Positions 58,454 to 64,000 of a DNA stretch of 64,000 bases are shown here, in pieces. A program made the position numbers and the translations under genes. This DNA comes from an uncultured Pelagibacteraceae bacterium (GTDB lineage Bacteria; Pseudomonadota; Alphaproteobacteria; Pelagibacterales; Pelagibacteraceae). How positions within the stretch are numbered: the first letter of the stretch is position 1; each line of letters opens with the position of its first letter. The stretch lies in NCBI GenBank assembly GCA_902581585.1, contig CACHPB010000002.1, forward strand, positions 64,709 to 128,708. Reading direction: 5' to 3'. The notes below the pieces were generated by a model. It worked only from the letters and a program-made list of their open reading frames with translations, searched no databases and was not told the origin of the DNA.

Positions 58454-59227
58454 ATGAATGTAAAAACAAAAAAATTAGGAAACGGAATTACAAATGTAAT
58501 AATTAATGATCCTAAAACTTATAATTCACTGTCATTTAAAACTTTAAGAGATCTTTTGAATACTTTTATTAGATTAGATAAGGATGATAATACAAGAGTA
58601 ATAATATTAGAGGGATCAGGTAAAGGATTTAGTGCTGGTCATAATCTTAAAGAGGTTGGTGGAATTAAAAATAGGTCAAATCACTTAAAATTATTTAATC
58701 TCTGCTCAAAATTAATGATGAAAATTGTTGAAGGAAAGAAACCTGTTATTGCAAAAGTGCATGGTGCAGCTTATGCAGCTGGATGTCAGTTAGCTGCGAG
58801 TTGTGATCTAGCTTACAGTACAACAAATTCCACCTTTGCAACACCAGGAGTAAATATTGGACTTTTCTGCAGTACGCCGATGGTTGCTGTAAGTAGAAAA
58901 GTAACTCGTAAAATCATGATGAAGATGCTTCTGACTGGAGATCCAATAAATGCAAAATATGCTAAGGAAATTGGTTTGATTAATGATTGTTTTTCAAACA
59001 AAAAACTAAATGCAGAAGTTTTAAAAATTGCAAAAAAAATTTCTTCAAAATCAAATTTAACAATTAAAATTGGAAAACAAGCATTTTATAAACAATTAGA
59101 GATGCCACTTGGAGATGCTTATAAGTTTACAAGTAAAATGATGACTGTAAATATGGCTTCACAAGATGCAAAAGAGGGAATATCAGCTTTTTTACAAAAA
59201 AGAAAACCTAGTTGGAAAAATAAATAA
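58454..59227 (+). CDS. Crotonase / enoyl-CoA hydratase family (ECHDC3-like)
   Basis: FSAGHNLKE, PVIAKV.G.A.AAGCQL, TPGVNIGLFCSTP, EGISAFLQKR.P.W. Confidence 0.88.
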   Translation: MNVKTKKLGNGITNVIINDPKTYNSLSFKTLRDLLNTFIRLDKDDNTRVIILEGSGKGFSAGHNLKEVGGIKNRSNHLKLFNLCSKLMMKIVEGKKPVIAKVHGAAYAAGCQLAASCDLAYSTTNSTFATPGVNIGLFCSTPMVAVSRKVTRKIMMKMLLTGDPINAKYAKEIGLINDCFSNKKLNAEVLKIAKKISSKSNLTIKIGKQAFYKQLEMPLGDAYKFTSKMMTVNMASQDAKEGISAFLQKRKPSWKNK

Positions 59228-59248
59228 TAGTTATTCAGAAAGAAAATA

Positions 59249-59716
59249 ATGAACGATAATGAAATTAAATCTATTTTAAGAAAATCAAAAACCATAGCTA
59301 TGATTGGAGTGAGCTCTGAAAAAAAAGGAGAGGATAGAAAAAATCTTAAGAGAAAACCAGCAAATGTTGTTATGAAATATATGCAAAATTTTGGTTATAA
59401 AGTTATTCCCATCAACCCTTTTGCAGTTGGTGAGATTGTAAATGGGGAACAAATGATCGAAAGTTTAGATAAGATAAAGGAAGAAATAGATATAGTTGAT
59501 GTTTTTAGACCTTCAAAAGAGGCTGAGGGAATTGCAAAAGAAGCAATCAAAAAAGGAACAAAAGTTTTATGGTTACAATACGGAATTCACAGTGAGGAGG
59601 CAAAAATTTTAGCAGATAAAGAGAATATCCAATTTATTTCCAATAGATGTATTAAACAGGAGTATCAAAAACTTTTTCAAAAATCTAATCCAGTTTTTCC
59701 AGTCCTTAAAGATTAA
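59249..59716 (+). CDS. CoA-binding protein (YccU-like)
   Basis: KTIAMIG.S, GY.VIPINP, DIVDVFR, LWLQ.G, NRC. Confidence 0.88.
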   Translation: MNDNEIKSILRKSKTIAMIGVSSEKKGEDRKNLKRKPANVVMKYMQNFGYKVIPINPFAVGEIVNGEQMIESLDKIKEEIDIVDVFRPSKEAEGIAKEAIKKGTKVLWLQYGIHSEEAKILADKENIQFISNRCIKQEYQKLFQKSNPVFPVLKD

Positions 59717-60285
59717 TGAAAAAAGTATTTTTGGTATATGGGCATTACAACGATAAATCTTTTAATTCTGCTATAAAAGATAATTTCATAAAATCTGCAA
59801 AAGAAAATGGTCATTTAGTTGAATGTGTAGATTTATATAAAGAAAAATTTGATCCAGTATATGCTGGTGAAAATGCTGATGATATTGTCTTGGATCACAG
59901 AAGAAAAATTGATGATTCTGATTTAATTGTTCTAGTTGCTCCTATATGGAATTATAGAATGCCTGCTATTGTAGAAGGTTGGATCGATAAGGTTTTAGCA
60001 CCACCTTGGGCTTTTTCATTTAAGAAACTTTTTGGTAATTATGGATATGCTGTTGGGAAGCTAAAAAGCAAAAAGGCTTTGATTTTTTGCACATATGGAT
60101 CACCCAGATTCTCAATTTCAGATTTTTTTTTAAATTTACCCCTGAGAAGAATCAAAAAAGGTATTTTTAATAAGTGTGGTATTTATGACATTACCTATAA
60201 ACGATATTTTGCTGTACCATTTGTATCAAATGAAAAAAGAATTGAGTTTTTGGAAGATGTTAAAAATACAGCCAGACATTTATAG
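59716..60285 (+). CDS. Flavodoxin-like NAD(P)H oxidoreductase (MdaB/KefF family)
   Basis: H....SFN, DLY..KFDP, PIW...PAI..GWIDKV. Confidence 0.82.
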   Translation: MKKVFLVYGHYNDKSFNSAIKDNFIKSAKENGHLVECVDLYKEKFDPVYAGENADDIVLDHRRKIDDSDLIVLVAPIWNYRMPAIVEGWIDKVLAPPWAFSFKKLFGNYGYAVGKLKSKKALIFCTYGSPRFSISDFFLNLPLRRIKKGIFNKCGIYDITYKRYFAVPFVSNEKRIEFLEDVKNTARHL

Positions 60286-60739
60286 AATTTTTTTTGTATT
60301 TATATTTTTAATTTTTTCTACAAATGAATTAAAAGCTGAAATAAAAAAACCAAATCCAGATATTAAACCTAGAGAAGTAATTGAAATTCAACTTAATGCT
60401 TTGATGAAAAATGATACTCCCAGTAAAGATCATGGGATAATTCAAACATGGTTTTTTGCTCACCCAAACAATCAGAGAGTAACAGGACCTATTGAAAGGT
60501 TTAAAAGTATGATCAAAACAGATTCCTACTCAATGCTTTTAAATCACGAGAATTATGAAATTGTTGAGGTATATAAATCAAAGGGCGTATCGACTTTTGA
60601 AGTGACAATTATGGACAAAGACAAAAAGTATTATAAATTTAAATGGCAAGTTGAAAAATATGAGCTCGATGGATTTTTAAAAAATTGCTGGTTGACCACA
60701 GCAGTATCTCAACCTATGCCGATGGGTTCATCTATCTAA
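60257..60739 (+). CDS. Exported hypothetical protein (DUF4864-like)
   Basis: Signal-like segment, PREVIEIQL.AL..ND, FAHP.N..TGP..RF, CWLT..V. Start uncertain. Confidence 0.55.
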   Translation: MLKIQPDIYRIFFVFIFLIFSTNELKAEIKKPNPDIKPREVIEIQLNALMKNDTPSKDHGIIQTWFFAHPNNQRVTGPIERFKSMIKTDSYSMLLNHENYEIVEVYKSKGVSTFEVTIMDKDKKYYKFKWQVEKYELDGFLKNCWLTTAVSQPMPMGSSI

Positions 60740-60954
60740 TGAAAAAACCAAGTTTTCCAGTTAGAATTGCAATATTAATGGCTATTCTTTGCATCCCGCC
60801 GATTGGCGCAACCCAAATTGGATGGTACTATTTTGGACAAGAGATGGGGGTAAATTTTGGTATGGTTGCAGGTGTCATTAGTGTAATAACCGCAGCTTAT
60901 CTGATGTATCAAATGGGATGGAGAGATGACGATGATGACGATTATGACTATTAG
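60739..60954 (+). CDS. 71-aa two-TM protein with an acidic tail
   Basis: TAATG coupling at 60737-60741, ends WRDDDDDDYDY. Confidence 0.7.
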   Translation: MKKPSFPVRIAILMAILCIPPIGATQIGWYYFGQEMGVNFGMVAGVISVITAAYLMYQMGWRDDDDDDYDY

Positions 60955-60994
60955 AATTATGTTTTGTTTATAAGAAAAATTAGGTAAAAATCGC

Positions 60995-63430
60995 ATGATG
61001 AAATCAAAAGCAAAAGTCGTAGTAGTTGGTGGAGGCGTTGTTGGTGTCAGCGCGCTTTATCATTTAGCAAAAAAAGGTTGGTCTGATGTTGTATTAGTTG
61101 AAAGAAAAGAATTAACTTCAGGTTCCACATGGCATGCTGCGGGACTTCTTCCATTATTTAATATGAGTTATTCAGTAGGACAACTTCATAAGTATGCCGT
61201 CAATTTATATAAAAGTTTAGAAGAGGAAACTGGAAAGAATGTTGGATTTAGTGTTGTATCAAATATCAGATTAGCAAGCAATCAAGACAGGATGGATGAA
61301 TACCACCAGTATGCGGGTGTTGCTAAAACAATCGGAGTAGATGTTAAATTTTTAACTCCTGAACAAGTTAAAGAAATTTGGCCATTATGTCATATAGATG
61401 ATCTAGTTGGAGCAATACAACATCCTGAAGATGGCTACATTCAACCTGCGGATCTAACTCAAGCGCTAGCAACAGGGGCGAGAAATAGAGGAGCTGAGAT
61501 ATATAGAAATACTACAGTTTTAGCGATGAGACAAAATAAAGATGGTTGGATTGTTGAAACAGATAAAGGGTCAATAGAATGTGAACATGTAATCTCATGC
61601 TCAGGAAACTTTGCTAGACAGACTGGAAAAATGGTAGGTTTGGATATTCCGGTAATACCTGTTGAACATCAATATATTGTAACAGAGCCACATCCAGAAA
61701 TTCAAAAAAGAAAAAAAGATGGATTGCCCGAGATGGGAGTTTTGAGAGACAGTGATAGTAGGTGGTACATGAGAGAAGAGGCTGGTGGTTTAATATTAGG
61801 TCCCTATGAGGATGGAGCTCCAGCATGTTACGTTAATGGACCTTCCAAAGAGTCTGAATACGAATTGTTCCAAGAAGACTTGGATAGACTAGCACCACAT
61901 ATTGAAGGTGCGATACATAGAGTTCCTGCTTTTGGAGAAGTAGGAGTTAAAAAAGTTTACAACGGTGCTATCTGTTATACACCTGATGGAAATCCCATTG
62001 TTGGACCAGCATGGGGTTTAAAAAATTTTTGGATAAATGAAGGTCACAGCTTTGGAATTACTGCTGCTGGTGGAGCAGGTTGGCAATTAGCAGAGTGGAT
62101 TGTAGATGGAGAGCCAACAATAGATATGTTAGGTGTTGAGCCAAGAAGATATGGTGATTATTGCTCAAAATCTTATCTTAAAGAGAAAAATGAGGAAGCT
62201 TACAGCCATGTATTTATAACTCACTTTCCAGATGAAGAAAGACCAGCTGCAAGACCATTAAGAACAGCTCCTTGTTATGACAGAATGAAAAATCTTGGTG
62301 CAGTTTTTGGTCAAAAGTTTGGATGGGAACGACCCAATTTTTTTGCAACTGATGGGATGGAGCAAAAGGACGATTGGTCTTTTAGAAGATCAAATTGGTT
62401 TAAGGCCATTGAGAAAGAGTGCAAGAATGTTAAGGAAAATGTTGGTCTACTAGATATGACAGCATTTGCAAAATGTAGAATAAAAGGTCCTGGAGCTGAG
62501 GAATTTTTAGATAAGTTGGTCGCAAATAAACTTCCAAAAAAAATAGGTAGAATTAATTTATGTCATGCATTGAATACCAAAGGTGGTGTTCATTCAGAAT
62601 TTACAATAATGAGAGAATCAGAAAGTAGTTTTTATTTGGTTTCTGCGGGAGCATTTCAAAGGTTAGATCATGACTGGATATTAGGTTGGATGCCAAAAGA
62701 TGGATCTGTTCAATTTGAAAATTTAACAAACAGCAAAGGTGTTCTAGTTGTATCAGGACCAAAAGCCAGAGAGTTAATGCAAAGAGTATCTAATGATGAT
62801 TTTTCAAATGAAAATTTTAAATGGTTAAGTGCAAAACAAGTAGATGTAGGATTTGCCCCAGTAAATGCAATGAGAGTAAATTTTGTAGGAGAGTTAGGTT
62901 GGGAACTACATCATCCTATTGAATATCAAAACCATATTTTTGATAAGTTAATGGATGCAGGACAAGATTTAGGTTTAAAACCATATGGTATAAGAGCTAT
63001 GAACAGTTTAAGAGTTGAAAAATCTTACAAATTGGTTGGCACCGAATTATCCATTGAATATTCACCATATGAAAGTGGTTTAGATAGATTTGTCCATCCA
63101 AATAAAGGAAGTTTTATTGGTTTAGAAGCTTTGAATAAATGGAGAGAGAAAGGTTTTGATAACAAACTTGTTACTTTAGAAGTTCATGAAACAAGTGATG
63201 CAGATGTGCTTGGAAATAACCCTATTTATGAAAACGGTAGTGTTGTCGGTAGAGCAACAGGAGGTGATTTTGGTTTTAGACTGGGAAAATCTATCGCACT
63301 AGGAATGGTTAAGCCAGAGCTAGCTAATATTGGACAAAAACTAAAGATTGATATACTTGGTAAAATGCATGAGGTAACAATTTTAGAAGAGAGTCCTTAC
63401 GATGCAGAAAATAAATTATTAAGAGCATAA
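60995..63430 (+). CDS. Second dimethylglycine/sarcosine dehydrogenase-family protein
   Basis: [42 protein letters not shown]. Confidence 0.9.
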   Translation: MMKSKAKVVVVGGGVVGVSALYHLAKKGWSDVVLVERKELTSGSTWHAAGLLPLFNMSYSVGQLHKYAVNLYKSLEEETGKNVGFSVVSNIRLASNQDRMDEYHQYAGVAKTIGVDVKFLTPEQVKEIWPLCHIDDLVGAIQHPEDGYIQPADLTQALATGARNRGAEIYRNTTVLAMRQNKDGWIVETDKGSIECEHVISCSGNFARQTGKMVGLDIPVIPVEHQYIVTEPHPEIQKRKKDGLPEMGVLRDSDSRWYMREEAGGLILGPYEDGAPACYVNGPSKESEYELFQEDLDRLAPHIEGAIHRVPAFGEVGVKKVYNGAICYTPDGNPIVGPAWGLKNFWINEGHSFGITAAGGAGWQLAEWIVDGEPTIDMLGVEPRRYGDYCSKSYLKEKNEEAYSHVFITHFPDEERPAARPLRTAPCYDRMKNLGAVFGQKFGWERPNFFATDGMEQKDDWSFRRSNWFKAIEKECKNVKENVGLLDMTAFAKCRIKGPGAEEFLDKLVANKLPKKIGRINLCHALNTKGGVHSEFTIMRESESSFYLVSAGAFQRLDHDWILGWMPKDGSVQFENLTNSKGVLVVSGPKARELMQRVSNDDFSNENFKWLSAKQVDVGFAPVNAMRVNFVGELGWELHHPIEYQNHIFDKLMDAGQDLGLKPYGIRAMNSLRVEKSYKLVGTELSIEYSPYESGLDRFVHPNKGSFIGLEALNKWREKGFDNKLVTLEVHETSDADVLGNNPIYENGSVVGRATGGDFGFRLGKSIALGMVKPELANIGQKLKIDILGKMHEVTILEESPYDAENKLLRA

Positions 63431-64000
63431 TGAAAATTTTAGTCGCTGTAAAAAGGGTAATTGATTATAACGTCCAAATAAGAGTAAAAGAGGATGGTAG
63501 TGGCGTTGTGACAGACAATGTTAAAATGTCAACTAATCCACCAGATGATAATGCAATTGAGGAAGCTGTTAAAATTAAAGAGGCTGGAAAAGCTTCAGAA
63601 ATAATAGCTGTAACGGTTGGAGAAGAAAAAGCCCAAGAGACTGTTAGAAAAGCACTAGCAGTTGGAGCAGATAGAGGAATTCATGTAAAAGTGGATAGTA
63701 TACTTGAACCTCTTGCTGTTTCTAAAATTCTTAAAAAAATTGTTGAAAAAGAAAATCCAGATTTAGTTTTCATGGGCAAACAAGCAATTGACGATGATTG
63801 CAACCAAACTGGTCAAATGTTGGCTGCACATTTAAACTGGCCTCAAGCTACTTTTGCTTCAAAAATTGAGGTTAAAGAAAATTCATTAGAAGTAACTAGA
63901 GAAGTCGATGAGGGTTTAGAGACTATTGAAGTTAATACACCTGCAATAGTGACATGTGACTTAAGGCTAAATGAACCAAGATACGCATCACTACCAAATA
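63430..64000 (+). CDS. etfB: Electron transfer flavoprotein beta subunit (3'-truncated)
   Basis: Hand translation [64 protein letters not shown]. Confidence 0.92.
   Translation, partial: MKILVAVKRVIDYNVQIRVKEDGSGVVTDNVKMSTNPPDDNAIEEAVKIKEAGKASEIIAVTVGEEKAQETVRKALAVGADRGIHVKVDSILEPLAVSKILKKIVEKENPDLVFMGKQAIDDDCNQTGQMLAAHLNWPQATFASKIEVKENSLEVTREVDEGLETIEVNTPAIVTCDLRLNEPRYASLPN

Noticed and set aside
3261-61826. Many antisense or alternate-frame ORFs of 60-165 aa (e.g. 3261-3758, 17473-17826, 39824-40165, 46203-46634, 51215-51568)
   Set aside because: They lie within well-supported genes and show no family motifs, so they are shadow ORFs.
1-64000. CRISPR arrays, rRNA, tRNA, IS elements
   Set aside because: The intergenic gaps are short (about 135 nt or less once the microproteins are counted). 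I saw no spaced repeats, cloverleaf or transposase.

Overview
Very AT-rich, tightly packed bacterial chromosome segment with many 1-8 nt overlaps between genes. Gene content and style point to a marine SAR11/Pelagibacterales-type alphaproteobacterium (inference). Most of the window is a C1/methylated-compound catabolism region. It holds a TMAO ABC transporter (tmoXWV-like) and TMAO demethylase (tdm), the N-methylglutamate pathway (gmaS, mgsABC-like, mgd/soxBDAG), fhs, a metF-like gene, bhmt, two DMG/sarcosine-dehydrogenase paralogs, etfB, a Rieske oxygenase and a DddP-like protein. It also holds a glycosyl-glycerol-type cassette (glpK, gpsA-like, sugar ABC, GH63) and some housekeeping and repair genes (zapE, phrB, purKE, SRAP). 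I saw no rRNA, tRNA, CRISPR, transposase or prophage. Best leads: (1) a second GS-like ligase plus FAD oxidoreductase between tdm and mgs that could be an undescribed dimethylamine route; (2) the glycosyl-glycerol osmolyte cassette; (3) a coupled mini APS-kinase-like plus HxGH nucleotidyltransferase pair; (4) a recurring TATATATAA element at four methylamine/C1 promoters; (5) an M19-like/550-aa/DUF3726-like/Zn-finger operon of unknown function; (6) two microproteins missed by the ORF track. All family calls come from motif recognition by eye, not database searches.
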